Shown: positions 12,636 to 23,411 of the stretch, one piece after another
Position numbering within the stretch: the stretch's first letter is position 1
Layout of the letters: every line of letters starts with the position of its first letter
Origin: Fidelibacterota bacterium
GTDB taxonomy: Bacteria; Fidelibacterota; Marinisomatia; Marinisomatales; TCS56
NCBI GenBank assembly: GCA_043822705.1
Contig: JBDRBK010000041.1
Location: 1-61,913, forward strand
Direction: 5' to 3'
DNA: 61,913 nt
Notes under the pieces: generated by a model
The model's input: the letters and a program-made list of their open reading frames with translations, nothing else
Database searches by the model: none
Told to the model about the DNA's origin: nothing
Translations under genes and position numbers: made by a program

Positions 12636-15443
12636 CTATTTTAAATATACCAGCTTGATTGTTTCATAGCTATCGCCGGCCTGCATACGGCAAAAATATA
12701 CACCGACACTCACAGGATTTCCCGAATGATTTGTTCCATGCCATTGAATATCATGATCGCCGGCTGACTGTGGTTTATTAACAAGCTTTTTAACTTCCTG
12801 GCCGGTGATATCGTACACGGTCAGGATAGCTTTACCTGGAGCCGGTAAATTATACCTGATAGTCGTAATTGAATTGAAGGGATTGGGGTAGTTTTGGGCC
12901 AGCTTAAATGTTAATGGGCCGGTGAAATCTTCAGTCTGAGCCAACCCGCTATCGATAACGGAGATGTTGTCAATTCGCCAATAGTAATGATGCGTGTCGG
13001 TAAAAAAGGACAGGAAAATTTGTTCCCCGACAAGGGCTGAAAGATCAATTTTCTCAACATTTTGCCAATTCCGGAAATTGCTTTCGTAGGCCCTGACGCT
13101 GGTCAGGGTCGTCCAGGGGCCGGTACTGCTGGTTGCACTTTCGATCCGGATTTCGTGCTCGGTTTTTCGCTGGGGCCAGTAATTGTCCCAGCCCCGGATT
13201 TCCTTGAAATTCAGTTCGGGGTTTTTGGCTGATCGCAGGTCAATTTGCGGCGTGATGATTCGGATTGCCACGGGACCGGATGTCACCCAATTTTCGGCTG
13301 CAAACAGTGACCGCTGTCCGGCATAGGGTCCTGAAACCCAGTCCCCATTGTCTTCATCATGCACCCCGATGCTGTACTGGACAGTAATAGCCAGCTCGGT
13401 CGCGTTCTGCTGCTGCCAATCGGAGTCAGGTAATCCCAGGCCGAAATATTCAAAATCTTCCCAGTACAGGTGCTGGGCGGGGGTGCCGACCACAAATGAT
13501 CTTTCCTGCTGCTCAAAATTGAAGCTGTCGCTCAGCGTTATTATTAACTCCAACTCAGTTCCCATAGGAAAGTCACTGGAAATCCCAAAAGCTATTTCGC
13601 TCTGAATGTGTTCGTCCGGATCAAGACGTTCGATGATTTGGATTGAATCCAAATCCCGGATGTAGGGCAAAACATCCACGGCAGGCTGGACGCTCAATCC
13701 AATATTCCACCCGCTCACCTCGCCCCGGTTCTCAATATCCAGCAGCAGGAGAACACTTTCGCCGGGATCAAATTTGCCGTTGGAATTCCCGTCATCAGCA
13801 ACGCCGGCCACGCTGAAGTGATAGGCCGGAACCCGACCGATACTCAGCACGAAGGCCGCGGTTCCCGAAACAGTGCCATCCGAAATTGAATAATTCAGGT
13901 ACAACTTATTCGGGATCGGAATATTTTGATCGAGTGAAAGATCGTGGCTGGCAGTAATCGGTACAAAGGGGTGCATGGCGCCGACGGTGTCGCTGGCACC
14001 GACGAGCGTGGCCCATTCGCTCCCCGGACCGCCAAGATTCAAATTGACGATCGTATTGCCGCTGGTACCAGTACCAATATTTTCCACCTGTAATTGAACA
14101 GTAAAGCTCTCGCCCGGATCGGGGATTCCATCCTGGTTATCGTCGTTGGTAACCAGCGGTTGATGAAACAGGAAGGCCGGAGTGGTAACCGAATCGACCG
14201 GAATCAGATGCTCCAGCGCCCGGGAAATATAATCCGGGAAGGCGTCGACCGTGGAGGAATGCCAATTGATGACACCATCATAAATGGCAGGACTCATGAT
14301 CCAGCGCGGATCGTGTTCGACGTGCGGCGCGCCCCAGTTATGTCCTGCTTCGTGGGCCTGGAAGTTAGCCAGCCAGCGTGTGTCTCCCAGGCCCCCGAAT
14401 TCAACGAGGTGGTGCCGGCCATAATCGCCAATCGTATTCAGCCAGGCATACGAATAACCGAAATTCCGGCCGGTCCAGAAAGTAGCCAGATCATGCCAGT
14501 TGGACAGCCCACCGTCGGCGACCCACTGGTCAACCGCGCTCAGCAGTACGCCAGCATCGTCAGTATCGGGCCAGGATTCAGCCTCGACGCTGGTGAAAAT
14601 GAAAATTTCAACCAACCGGTAGACGATATTCAATTGATTGTAATAGGCATCGGCATAATTCAAAATATTCAGCAGTTCGTTGGCCAGCAGACCGGTTGAG
14701 TTGACTTTGGCATAGGCGGCATAATCGGCGATCAGGGCGATCTCAGCTTCGTAAATCGTGCTATCGGAATAAACGTTGGTGCGGGACCGGCCGGGCCGGT
14801 CTTCCACCGCCGGATACCAGTCCGGTGCCGGGCTGTAATCCTCCGGCCGCACCAGCCCTGCTGACTCACCAGGGACTATCCGATAAAGTCGGCTGACCGG
14901 TTCGGATTCCGGCTCCGACACCGAAAGGATTCCCATTTCGATCGAGTACTGATCGCCGGTGCCGGTTCTGATGAAGCCGGCAAAATAATTATCCGCTGCC
15001 GTCAGCCGCACTGCACTACCGGGATCGTCCACAATCGAACCCTTGAAGGTCGCCGCCAGCGGCTGGAGATCATCCTGTATTCCCTGGTCGGTTCCGACTC
15101 GCAACCGGAAATTATCAGCCAACAGAGAATAGTGCTCCAGTTGAATCCGGAACTGAATATCCGCTGAGAAAAAAAGATTAATATATTCCGGTTTCATTGA
15201 GGCCGTTTTTAACATCTCCGGCAACTGGTTGCTGATGCGGAAATTGGCAATTGGCGATTCTGTTGTCGTCCTGACCAGAACGGATTTCACACCGGCGGAA
15301 TCCGGGACAGCTTCGAAGACAAACTGCAGCTCCGCTGATTGGATATAGCTACCAACAAATATGAGAACCAGGAACAGTTTGCCAGCCGGACGCAGAAGTC
15401 CGCATACAGAGTAAAATAGTATTTGGCAGTATTGTCGAATCAT
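12636..15443 (-). CDS. Secreted metzincin metalloprotease (M12B/reprolysin-like) with prodomain, Ig-like repeats and secretion CTD
   Basis: HEAGHNWGAPH (HExxHxxGxxH), Met-turn WIMSP, two DD.N..G..DPGE repeats, C-terminal QNYPNPFN...GVYFCR...KLVYLK. Confidence 0.85.
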   Translation of the reverse strand: MIRQYCQILFYSVCGLLRPAGKLFLVLIFVGSYIQSAELQFVFEAVPDSAGVKSVLVRTTTESPIANFRISNQLPEMLKTASMKPEYINLFFSADIQFRIQLEHYSLLADNFRLRVGTDQGIQDDLQPLAATFKGSIVDDPGSAVRLTAADNYFAGFIRTGTGDQYSIEMGILSVSEPESEPVSRLYRIVPGESAGLVRPEDYSPAPDWYPAVEDRPGRSRTNVYSDSTIYEAEIALIADYAAYAKVNSTGLLANELLNILNYADAYYNQLNIVYRLVEIFIFTSVEAESWPDTDDAGVLLSAVDQWVADGGLSNWHDLATFWTGRNFGYSYAWLNTIGDYGRHHLVEFGGLGDTRWLANFQAHEAGHNWGAPHVEHDPRWIMSPAIYDGVINWHSSTVDAFPDYISRALEHLIPVDSVTTPAFLFHQPLVTNDDNQDGIPDPGESFTVQLQVENIGTGTSGNTIVNLNLGGPGSEWATLVGASDTVGAMHPFVPITASHDLSLDQNIPIPNKLYLNYSISDGTVSGTAAFVLSIGRVPAYHFSVAGVADDGNSNGKFDPGESVLLLLDIENRGEVSGWNIGLSVQPAVDVLPYIRDLDSIQIIERLDPDEHIQSEIAFGISSDFPMGTELELIITLSDSFNFEQQERSFVVGTPAQHLYWEDFEYFGLGLPDSDWQQQNATELAITVQYSIGVHDEDNGDWVSGPYAGQRSLFAAENWVTSGPVAIRIITPQIDLRSAKNPELNFKEIRGWDNYWPQRKTEHEIRIESATSSTGPWTTLTSVRAYESNFRNWQNVEKIDLSALVGEQIFLSFFTDTHHYYWRIDNISVIDSGLAQTEDFTGPLTFKLAQNYPNPFNSITTIRYNLPAPGKAILTVYDITGQEVKKLVNKPQSAGDHDIQWHGTNHSGNPVSVGVYFCRMQAGDSYETIKLVYLK

Positions 15444-15731
15444 CGTGTGCAGGTGCGTTTACCAGTTTTGCGGTCCTGATTTGCCGGTATTTCGCCAGAT
15501 CCGCACGGTAGTATTATCCGGTGTATGCGGATTAAATTGTGAACGGGGCAGTATATCCGTACTCTGTGCGAGTCTGCGCCGGATGGAATTGAATCCGCCA
15601 AGCGTCTTCTGCAACCGTTGAAATTTGCTCCGGACATTTACTCCAATTGATCCGGATACCAACGATAAGAATAGTACTGCTATACTCATGGCAAATCAGC
15701 ATATCCTTCTAGCCCTGGCTTTTAATCCTTT

Positions 15732-16721
15732 TTAAAAGCAGAAACCTGCCGAAATTCTGTTGACCGGTGAAAAATCACCGGCATCATTAAAGGAGTAGCT
15801 CAAACGGGTCATGAAACCGGCTACCGGCAACGACAAACCAAACCCCAGGGACAGGCCTTCCGTGTCATGATTAAACTTATAGCCGCCGCGCAGGTAAAGC
15901 ATTTTCTTGAAACCATACTCCCAGCCCAGATTTATCCGTTCGGTATAATCCCGGGGGTGCACCGCATCAATCTCAATGAGCAGGTCATGATTAACACCAA
16001 GACTCCCCAAAAAGTCCGTAACATCAGCCGCGGCTCCGATGGTGAAAGTCAGCGGCAGCGGAAAGGAATCATCTTCATATTTAAAATCCTTGGAAAAATT
16101 CCTGACGCCCATACCAAAACGGAAGCTCTTCACTCCCGGGTAATACATGGTCCCGAAATCATAAGCCAATCCTTTGGTATTATTTGACTTTTCCCCATCC
16201 GGCATCAAGGTCTTGCCAAGACTTTGGCTGACATATTTTACCTGTCCGCCAACGGAAAACTGGTCGGTCAAGCCGCGCGCAAAAGAAATTCCCATGGCCA
16301 TGGCATCTACCGCCACGTCACCGGTCTCGATAAAACCGGCGTCATTATCGGCAACGCGGGTGCCGATCACCTGACCATAATCGGCGGTATGCAGACTGAA
16401 GCCGATTACGCCGACTTTTCCCAGATCCTTGGTTACGCCTAAACTGAAATAACTGATATCGGCAAGCCAGTAGGTTTGCGTACTGAAAAAATCCACACTT
16501 GCTGACTGTTCCGTCATGCCCGCCGGATTATAGAACATGGAGCTGGCCCCGGTTCCAACAAGTGTTATGGCCCCGCCCATGGCGGCGGCGCGGGCGTCGG
16601 TATCGATTTTCAGAAATTGGTATCCCGCCTGCGCCACTTTTTTTATTTCAGCATTCAATTCCGGCTTGAACAGCCCAAGACAAAGTACCAGCAGGATAAT
16701 AATTCTATTATTCAGTGTCAT
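15732..16721 (-). CDS. porV: PorV/PorQ-family outer-membrane beta-barrel (CTD shuttle)
   Basis: FLKI..DARAAAMGGA, S.FYNPAG, DFGTMY, LRGGY, C-terminal Phe. GGAGAGG RBS before ATG 16721. Confidence 0.8.
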   Translation of the reverse strand: MTLNNRIIILLVLCLGLFKPELNAEIKKVAQAGYQFLKIDTDARAAAMGGAITLVGTGASSMFYNPAGMTEQSASVDFFSTQTYWLADISYFSLGVTKDLGKVGVIGFSLHTADYGQVIGTRVADNDAGFIETGDVAVDAMAMGISFARGLTDQFSVGGQVKYVSQSLGKTLMPDGEKSNNTKGLAYDFGTMYYPGVKSFRFGMGVRNFSKDFKYEDDSFPLPLTFTIGAAADVTDFLGSLGVNHDLLIEIDAVHPRDYTERINLGWEYGFKKMLYLRGGYKFNHDTEGLSLGFGLSLPVAGFMTRLSYSFNDAGDFSPVNRISAGFCF

Positions 16722-16760
16722 AATGCTCACCTCTCCAAATCAGGGCGATCCACAGTTTAT

Positions 16761-18878
16761 TTATCTGATGATGACAAATTTAGTTACGGCCATATCACCG
16801 GTTTCCTTATCAGTAATCTGGGCGATATAAAGCCCGCTGACCAATAGCTGGCCGCTGTCCGAGACAGTCTGCAGTTCGAGAATATTACCGCCCCAGATTT
16901 CATCACCGGAACCGGAATCGTGTTCGATTGTTTTCACCAGGTCACCACTTTCGGTGAATATTTTAATCGTGCAGTACCCGGGAATATCCATAAACACGAT
17001 TTTGTTGGGCTCCCCGGGGAAATTCTCGGCATTAACATTCAACGGATTCGGTACGATCCGCACCGTTTTCAAACTGCCGGCCGGCCGGGACCGGTATACG
17101 GCGGCGCGGGTTCGGTTCAGATTCCAGCCGCTTTCCAGACTGCGGATGCGACCATCAGGGCTAAGGATATTAGACAAACCGTCATCGAAGGCCGTCACAT
17201 AATAGAAATAGGCCACGGCCCGCTGGGCGGTGGTATCGTCAAAACTGTGCGTCACTGGTACGCCTGAGTTTCCGCCGCATTCGAAAATTCGGGTAAAAGT
17301 GGTATCGGGACTACCCACCGCGCGGTAGACACGGTAGCCGGCGAAATCAGCGGCCGCCTCCGATTCTTCGCCCCAGCGCACCTGAATATATTCCGGCAAA
17401 CCATCCACGTACACCGATGGAGCCGGCGGAGGCACGGGGAGATTGTAGTCATTCTTCACCGCATATTGAGCGGCCCAGGCGTTTTTAAACAGAGAATCCT
17501 TCCCGGTGGCCACCCAACAGTCCTTGGCATAATCATTGGCGTTATCATAGAGATCGGGATTGTCGATAAACGGCTGCGGTAAATTGTTCGGGCCATCCCA
17601 GGTGGCGGTTCCATCCTGCCAGGCTCGCCCCACTTCCCAACCCTTTTCCGGTGAAAGCGTTCCCATCACAAAAGCATACACAAACCGGACGCTGTCGCCA
17701 AAAGCGATGTCATAGGGTCCACAGGAGGTGTGGGCGATGGCCCGCCAGTTCCACCAGGTGAAATCATTGGGAAACTTATTGCCCTGCTCATCCATTCTTA
17801 GAGAATGGTAGGTGTTGGGGTAAACAGTGCTGGTCTGGTAAGGCAGATTAAATAGAGGGCCACCGAAACCATACCGCAGAACCTCGTACAGGTTTGCCAG
17901 ATCACTGGCGCTGTGGCCGGCGGCTTCATATTTAAGCCAGAATATTTCCACTGTATTAACACCGGTCATCCGTGGTTGTGTAACATCATCGGCATGGTCG
18001 GTGGTTGACTTATCGGCATGGAGAAATGCTTCGCCAACATAAAATGGGCGATTCAGAAAGCCTGTATCATTATCGGGATCACCAAAATCATCATAATCCG
18101 AATCTTTGGAACGGCCGGGGTAGCCGTACATCATTCGCAATGAATCACCTACCCGTTCGCCATAAGTGCTGTACCAGGGAATTCCCCGGCCCGGCGAGTA
18201 AAAATTATTCATGCGCATGAAATAGACGTCTTCCAAATCCTGATTCGGCAATTCAATTTCATCATCATCGTCAGTATTACCGGTATTGATAAAGGTCCAG
18301 TCATAAATAATGAAATCATCATAATCGGCGCTGCTCCAGGCCAATACCTTCTGCTTCAGCGTAACACCCATTACGGTATTGACGGTGGATTCCAGCAGCA
18401 TATCAGCCGTTCCCGGTATTTTACCAGGACTGACATCAACACCACTATAGTCGCCAAGCTGCGAATAGGTATCATTCAAAAACTCGCCATTGATTCTTAT
18501 CTCAGGCACATCGTGCCGTACATAACGCCTTAAAGTAATTCCTTCGGCATCGGCCACCGGCAGGGTGTTATTGGTTTCATTGGCACCGGCGGTGGCTGTA
18601 CCTACGACTTTAACCGGCCAGGTGGTACCTGTTTCATCGACCCAGTCTTTGGTCCCCAAATGCCAGCCGGCGTTATATAAGTGGAACCATGAATAATTAT
18701 CATAATAATAATATACCGCCCGGCTGCCGGCCAGCTGGTCCTGGTCAGTGTTGTCCACCACTTTCATTTCCATGTTACCGATCCGAACCCATTTGAACGT
18801 GCCGGAATACAATATTTGGGCGCCGACCAGAGATAGAACGGTAAAAACCACAATTAATTTATTTTTTCTGTTAATCAT
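16761..18878 (-). CDS. Secreted TBDR-associated protein with FN3-like domain and atypical CTD
   Basis: Signal peptide, PPPAP linker, FAGYRVYR/YFYYVTAFD FN3-like motifs, C-terminal VRIVPNP...CTIKIFTESGDLVKTI...SGLYI...KFVIIR. Confidence 0.7.
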   Translation of the reverse strand: MINRKNKLIVVFTVLSLVGAQILYSGTFKWVRIGNMEMKVVDNTDQDQLAGSRAVYYYYDNYSWFHLYNAGWHLGTKDWVDETGTTWPVKVVGTATAGANETNNTLPVADAEGITLRRYVRHDVPEIRINGEFLNDTYSQLGDYSGVDVSPGKIPGTADMLLESTVNTVMGVTLKQKVLAWSSADYDDFIIYDWTFINTGNTDDDDEIELPNQDLEDVYFMRMNNFYSPGRGIPWYSTYGERVGDSLRMMYGYPGRSKDSDYDDFGDPDNDTGFLNRPFYVGEAFLHADKSTTDHADDVTQPRMTGVNTVEIFWLKYEAAGHSASDLANLYEVLRYGFGGPLFNLPYQTSTVYPNTYHSLRMDEQGNKFPNDFTWWNWRAIAHTSCGPYDIAFGDSVRFVYAFVMGTLSPEKGWEVGRAWQDGTATWDGPNNLPQPFIDNPDLYDNANDYAKDCWVATGKDSLFKNAWAAQYAVKNDYNLPVPPPAPSVYVDGLPEYIQVRWGEESEAAADFAGYRVYRAVGSPDTTFTRIFECGGNSGVPVTHSFDDTTAQRAVAYFYYVTAFDDGLSNILSPDGRIRSLESGWNLNRTRAAVYRSRPAGSLKTVRIVPNPLNVNAENFPGEPNKIVFMDIPGYCTIKIFTESGDLVKTIEHDSGSGDEIWGGNILELQTVSDSGQLLVSGLYIAQITDKETGDMAVTKFVIIR

Positions 18879-18895
18879 AGTACTGGCTCCCGTTC

Positions 18896-21800
18896 TCAGA
18901 AATTGATCCGAAATCCCAGACTCAACCGCCGGGGATTAAGGTAGGTAAGAAATTCTCGATTGGGCATGTTGATGTAAGGCTTGTCGTCACTCTTAACATC
19001 ACCCACCTTATCATCCCCGCCCGTGTATCCGGCAGCTTCGTATGCTTCATCGTCGTACATTGGCAAGTGCAAGGACTCTAAATAACTGCGCCAGTCATCA
19101 CCGTCAGAAAATCCCTGAGTTGCAATATATTGCAGATTCAATACATTTGTTATTTCCATGAATAACATCACGGCGCTGTTTTTCCGGGAGATATTTTTAC
19201 CCAATCGTAAATCAGCCGAATATTGGCCTTTCCACTGCAAATTATCCTGCAGTTCATAAGTGTTGAGCGGATCCCAGGTTTCAAATTCACCAGCTTTCCA
19301 ACCTAGCAGCAGATTAACCTGCAACTGGTCTAAAGGTCGGCCGCCCAGTAATTGCGGACCCCAGGCCGGCGGTGTATGAAAAACCAGGTTGGCCCGGAGG
19401 AAGGGACGTGCCAGCGGCTTTTCCTGCTGGGGATTCTGGTAGCCGTAGCGCATCTGATCGCGCAGATCCTCATAATAATGATCCCGGCCATAGAAACCCC
19501 AGGTCTGCACGATATAGTTATAATTAATCCAACCGGTGAACCAGCGGCCATAGCGTTTTTGAACTCTGAACTCAAATCCACGGATATCTTCGTAATTGTT
19601 ATTTTCGGTGGTGGTGTAATTAACGCTGCCATCGATACTGGTGTAGCCTACATATCCGATTTGATCAGACACATCCTTGTAATATCCGGAGACATGGACC
19701 AGGATCATGTTGGATACATCATATTCCACACCCAGCTCATAAGCGACAGTTTTGGGGATATCCGCCGATGGATTACCCAAATAGTCGATTCCCTGGTAAG
19801 CCGTTCCATAACCGATCTGATACATATCGTATGAGGATGGCATGGAATAGAAATGACCATAGTTAAAATACAGTTTTGCAGCATCAGTAATAGGATGGGA
19901 AACTCCCAGTCGCGGACTTATTTTCAGATGCCCCTCCGCCGGTTCCGTTGGTGCCGCAGTGGTGAACTCATCCTTATAATTGGGACTCAGGTATTTTGAA
20001 TATTTATCAACGGTATACCAATCCTGATTCGGGTCGTTACTATCCAACCGGACACCAATGTTGGCAATCAGGCCCTTGATCTCGATTTTATCCTGCAGAT
20101 AGGCGCCAAAGCGGATCGGGAAAGCCCGGTACTTGCGCAGGTAATTATTTTTTGGAGCGTAATCAAATTGACTCCAGTATTTGGTAAGTAAATCATCATA
20201 ATTGAATTCAAATCCGGTTTTCAATTGATGGCGCTTAGTTACCTGGCTGGTCAGATCAAATTTCACATTGATTGAATTCACTTCCGATTGATCACGGGCA
20301 ACACCGCCCAGCGATGCGAACACCATCCGGTCACCTGATGGAGTATAATTACTACTAACCCAGAAACCATAAGGTGATTCATCCACGGCAAAATTGCCAA
20401 AAGTACGTATCTCAGTCGTATCGCGAATTGAACCGGGACCATCACAGATATTTTTAATATGTACGTTAGAAATGCGGATATTATAAAATGTGCTGGGACT
20501 CAGGACATGATCAAAGGAAAAACCCAGCATCATGCGGTAAATATCGAACGGATTCAAGGCATCGGGCCAGTACAGGGCCGAACCGCCGCCTTCCTCATAG
20601 GCTTCCGAAGTAACTAGAAAACTCGTGAAAATATCGGATCCACTGGTGAGATACCAGTTGTTGCCGGACCCTTCGGGGCTGGCGGCAACGGTGTTGATTT
20701 CTCCGTATAGTCCTTCGATTTTCAGCTTCGTTTTGCTGGTGGGGCGGATTGTCAGGCTCAGGTGGGTATTTGCCTCGTGATAGAAATCGCGCGACGTTGG
20801 TAGAGCAAACATTTCACTTTTATCATGGTGCGAAAGATAGAAGGTCATATTGCCCAGTATTTTACCGAAAACCGGCATTGGTCCGCCGAAACCAAGATCG
20901 ATATTGAAATCCGGTTTATGGGCATATTGCCCTTCCGTCCGACCCAAATCTTTGCTGCCCTCGACCTGATGATACCACAAAAACAGATCGCGAGCTTGTT
21001 CCGGGGTCATATTGTTCGATGGATCGTTATCGTCCAAAAGATTGGATGCCACAGCAGCCCAACCAATGAAATCCGGGTAGCTATCTTTCATCTCCTGCGA
21101 CCATGCCCCAGCCTTGGTACCGCTCCACATCACCAGTGGGTCCAGAAAAGGTTTCAGATAGTAATTGTTCCGATCGTAGAGCGAATAACCACCATGTTTC
21201 TGCTGAGCCGGATCGTATTGAATATCAATCGTTCCGCTGTATCCGGTTGTTGATCCTTCTTTCGTTGTAACATTAATCAATCCGGAGCGGATATTCCCGT
21301 ACTCGGCATTGAAACCACCTTTGATAATATTTATCTGGTCAACCGAACTGAGATTCAACATCATTATAGGCTCATTGGATCGATTATCCACTATGGCCAG
21401 TCCGTCAACCATTAATGCGGTCTGATCCAGTCCACCGCCACGGATCAGATCATCTTCAATGCCGGCTTCCAGGTTGAGGTAGTCCCACACATCACGAACT
21501 GCGGGAACCGTAGAAATATCGTCGGAGGAAATACTGATCTCACTGGCCGAGCGATCCATAATCACAACTTCCCGATCTGCCGTGACTACCACCTCGGATC
21601 CTTCCAGAACCATGGTGGTCAGTGCGAGATCAAGCACCACTGTATGATCGACAATCACTCTGACTTCATTACTGACGACTGCTTGATATCCCATCATTGA
21701 AACCAAAACGGAATAAGTGCCGGGGCGCAGATTCAGGATATAGAATTCGCCGTCCATATCCGTAGCAGCACCTGAAGCGGTACCGACAACTACTACATTC

Positions 21801-21961
21801 GCGCCGGGCAATGGTTCGCCGGTGTCCAGGGCAGTAATCCTGCCGGCGATCTTACCGGTTACCCCGGCCCAGAGTGCTGTTTGAATACAGACACTCAGCA
21901 GCAACGCGACCAGCCAGGTCGAAACCGGCGCACTTTTTCTATAGTTTTGAATTGTACTCAT
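18896..21961 (-). CDS. TonB-dependent receptor with N-terminal carboxypeptidase-regulatory-like domain
   Basis: GKIAG..TGEPLPGANV, plug IRGG and GGFNAEYG, ISPRLGVSHP, YELG, C-terminal PRRLSLGFRINF. Confidence 0.92.
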   Translation of the reverse strand: MSTIQNYRKSAPVSTWLVALLLSVCIQTALWAGVTGKIAGRITALDTGEPLPGANVVVVGTASGAATDMDGEFYILNLRPGTYSVLVSMMGYQAVVSNEVRVIVDHTVVLDLALTTMVLEGSEVVVTADREVVIMDRSASEISISSDDISTVPAVRDVWDYLNLEAGIEDDLIRGGGLDQTALMVDGLAIVDNRSNEPIMMLNLSSVDQINIIKGGFNAEYGNIRSGLINVTTKEGSTTGYSGTIDIQYDPAQQKHGGYSLYDRNNYYLKPFLDPLVMWSGTKAGAWSQEMKDSYPDFIGWAAVASNLLDDNDPSNNMTPEQARDLFLWYHQVEGSKDLGRTEGQYAHKPDFNIDLGFGGPMPVFGKILGNMTFYLSHHDKSEMFALPTSRDFYHEANTHLSLTIRPTSKTKLKIEGLYGEINTVAASPEGSGNNWYLTSGSDIFTSFLVTSEAYEEGGGSALYWPDALNPFDIYRMMLGFSFDHVLSPSTFYNIRISNVHIKNICDGPGSIRDTTEIRTFGNFAVDESPYGFWVSSNYTPSGDRMVFASLGGVARDQSEVNSINVKFDLTSQVTKRHQLKTGFEFNYDDLLTKYWSQFDYAPKNNYLRKYRAFPIRFGAYLQDKIEIKGLIANIGVRLDSNDPNQDWYTVDKYSKYLSPNYKDEFTTAAPTEPAEGHLKISPRLGVSHPITDAAKLYFNYGHFYSMPSSYDMYQIGYGTAYQGIDYLGNPSADIPKTVAYELGVEYDVSNMILVHVSGYYKDVSDQIGYVGYTSIDGSVNYTTTENNNYEDIRGFEFRVQKRYGRWFTGWINYNYIVQTWGFYGRDHYYEDLRDQMRYGYQNPQQEKPLARPFLRANLVFHTPPAWGPQLLGGRPLDQLQVNLLLGWKAGEFETWDPLNTYELQDNLQWKGQYSADLRLGKNISRKNSAVMLFMEITNVLNLQYIATQGFSDGDDWRSYLESLHLPMYDDEAYEAAGYTGGDDKVGDVKSDDKPYINMPNREFLTYLNPRRLSLGFRINF

Positions 21962-22018
21962 AGGTATATCTTCCCAATTTGAGGACGATTTCAATCAATC
22001 GGCGGCTTGAAACCGAGT

Positions 22019-22045
22019 TGGCGCTCCCCGTTGCGGGGAGCGCCA
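22019..22045. other. Perfect GC-rich intergenic hairpin between the lipoprotein and TBDR genes
   Basis: TGGCGCTCCCCG-TTG-CGGGGAGCGCCA, a 12-bp stem with no U-tract on the minus strand. Confidence 0.6.
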
Positions 22046-22070
22046 TAACTATTGCTTTACAACAGTAAAA

Positions 22071-23285
22071 TCAGGGAACCGCCCCGGTACCGCGTTCCTC
22101 GCCAAGATGAATAACGTAGACGGTATTATCCAAATCGCCAGCGGTGACATAGATTTTATTATCAAACCAAGCCGCCTTGTTCGGATTCTGCGTCGGTAAT
22201 TCGAATACCTCCTCAACCGCGCCGGCGGGTGTAACACGAACCAGCATGCCCGGCAAAGTCCGGTCATCCGAGTCGACCCAACCATCCATCAAATACACGT
22301 CGCCAAGGCCATCAACTGCCAGGCCAGAAGGATTGTAGTCATCCGAAGCCAGAATCTGGGTGACGGAACTTAGGGCAATCGCCTGACCATCGGCGGGGAT
22401 CGGTGCTTTATACAGACCGTTACTACCTGAAACATTCTTGACGTACCAATATATATCGCTTCCATAGAGACGCATTGGTGTGCCCCAACCAAGAGTATCG
22501 ATCAGGGTGGTGACCGTTCCGGTTGCAGCTGATTTCCGATAGATAGTACCGTCGGCACCACCGACATAGAAATTGCCAGCGGCATCAAAATCTAGGCAGA
22601 ACGGCATTGAAGCATCGGCGTCAGCCAGGTACAATTCGCCATCGCCACCAGTTGCCGGTATTTTCCAGATTCCATAGTCACCCCAGACAACAGCCGCATA
22701 CAGGTTGCCGGCAGCATCAAATACCATTTCGCCTTCACCCCAATGGGTCTGACCGAAATAAGATTCAGTGCCATCTGGAGTAATCTTATATATCTCACCG
22801 GGATCCTGCCCGCGGACATACATGTTGCCACTGGCGTCAAATGCGATACCGCCCTTTGTTTTGGGCAGCCCCTCGACGGTGATAATATCAAATACAGGCA
22901 GCAAGTCGATAGCGACACTGTCACTGACTTTCTCATCTGTGTCTGCCAGATTGCGCACTTGAAGCCAGGCATGAATCGTCACACCGACACCACTGATATT
23001 GGGGCGAATGAATTTCAACATTGTTTCACTGCCGGCTGTCGGTGCTACCGTTTCAAGATGGAAAACCGAATCATCTTTTAACTGGATCAGATTCATTGTA
23101 AAGACCGGATTAAAGTCCTCGCCTGTTATGGTAACTTCTTCACCGGGATAGCCTGCGAAAGGCTCAATTGAGGTGATTATCGGGACGGGTGTTTCCTTGT
23201 CTGTCGAATCTGTGTCCTCACAAGAATACATGACCATCGCAATCACTGCAAGGATGGTCAAAATTCTCAGATACTTATTCCCCAT
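22071..23285 (-). CDS. Lipoprotein with IPT/TIG domain and NHL/SMP-30-like beta-propeller
   Basis: ATG 23285 with AGGAGA RBS, lipobox MYSC, PIITSIEP...GEEVTITG.DF (IPT), repeated 'FDA.GN.YV' blades. Confidence 0.8.
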   Translation of the reverse strand: MGNKYLRILTILAVIAMVMYSCEDTDSTDKETPVPIITSIEPFAGYPGEEVTITGEDFNPVFTMNLIQLKDDSVFHLETVAPTAGSETMLKFIRPNISGVGVTIHAWLQVRNLADTDEKVSDSVAIDLLPVFDIITVEGLPKTKGGIAFDASGNMYVRGQDPGEIYKITPDGTESYFGQTHWGEGEMVFDAAGNLYAAVVWGDYGIWKIPATGGDGELYLADADASMPFCLDFDAAGNFYVGGADGTIYRKSAATGTVTTLIDTLGWGTPMRLYGSDIYWYVKNVSGSNGLYKAPIPADGQAIALSSVTQILASDDYNPSGLAVDGLGDVYLMDGWVDSDDRTLPGMLVRVTPAGAVEEVFELPTQNPNKAAWFDNKIYVTAGDLDNTVYVIHLGEERGTGAVP

Positions 23286-23389
23286 AATATTCTCCTTGGT
23301 TAGTTGATTGACCTTACCCAATACACCCCTGTCTGTGTATTATTGATCCTAATACTGCGAACAGAATTGTGGAGGTCGAAATGTTATTA

Positions 23390-23405
23390 ATGCAAACGAT
23401 TGCAT
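23390..23405. promoter_or_regulatory. LacI-type operator
   Basis: ATGCAAACGATTGCAT is a near-perfect palindrome with central CG, overlapping the predicted transcription start of the minus-strand operon. Confidence 0.75.
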
Positions 23406-23411
23406 AGTTAA

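Noticed and set aside
15440..15689. Short minus-strand ORFs (65 and 76 aa) between porV and the protease
   Set aside because: No RBS or domain support; they overlap each other.
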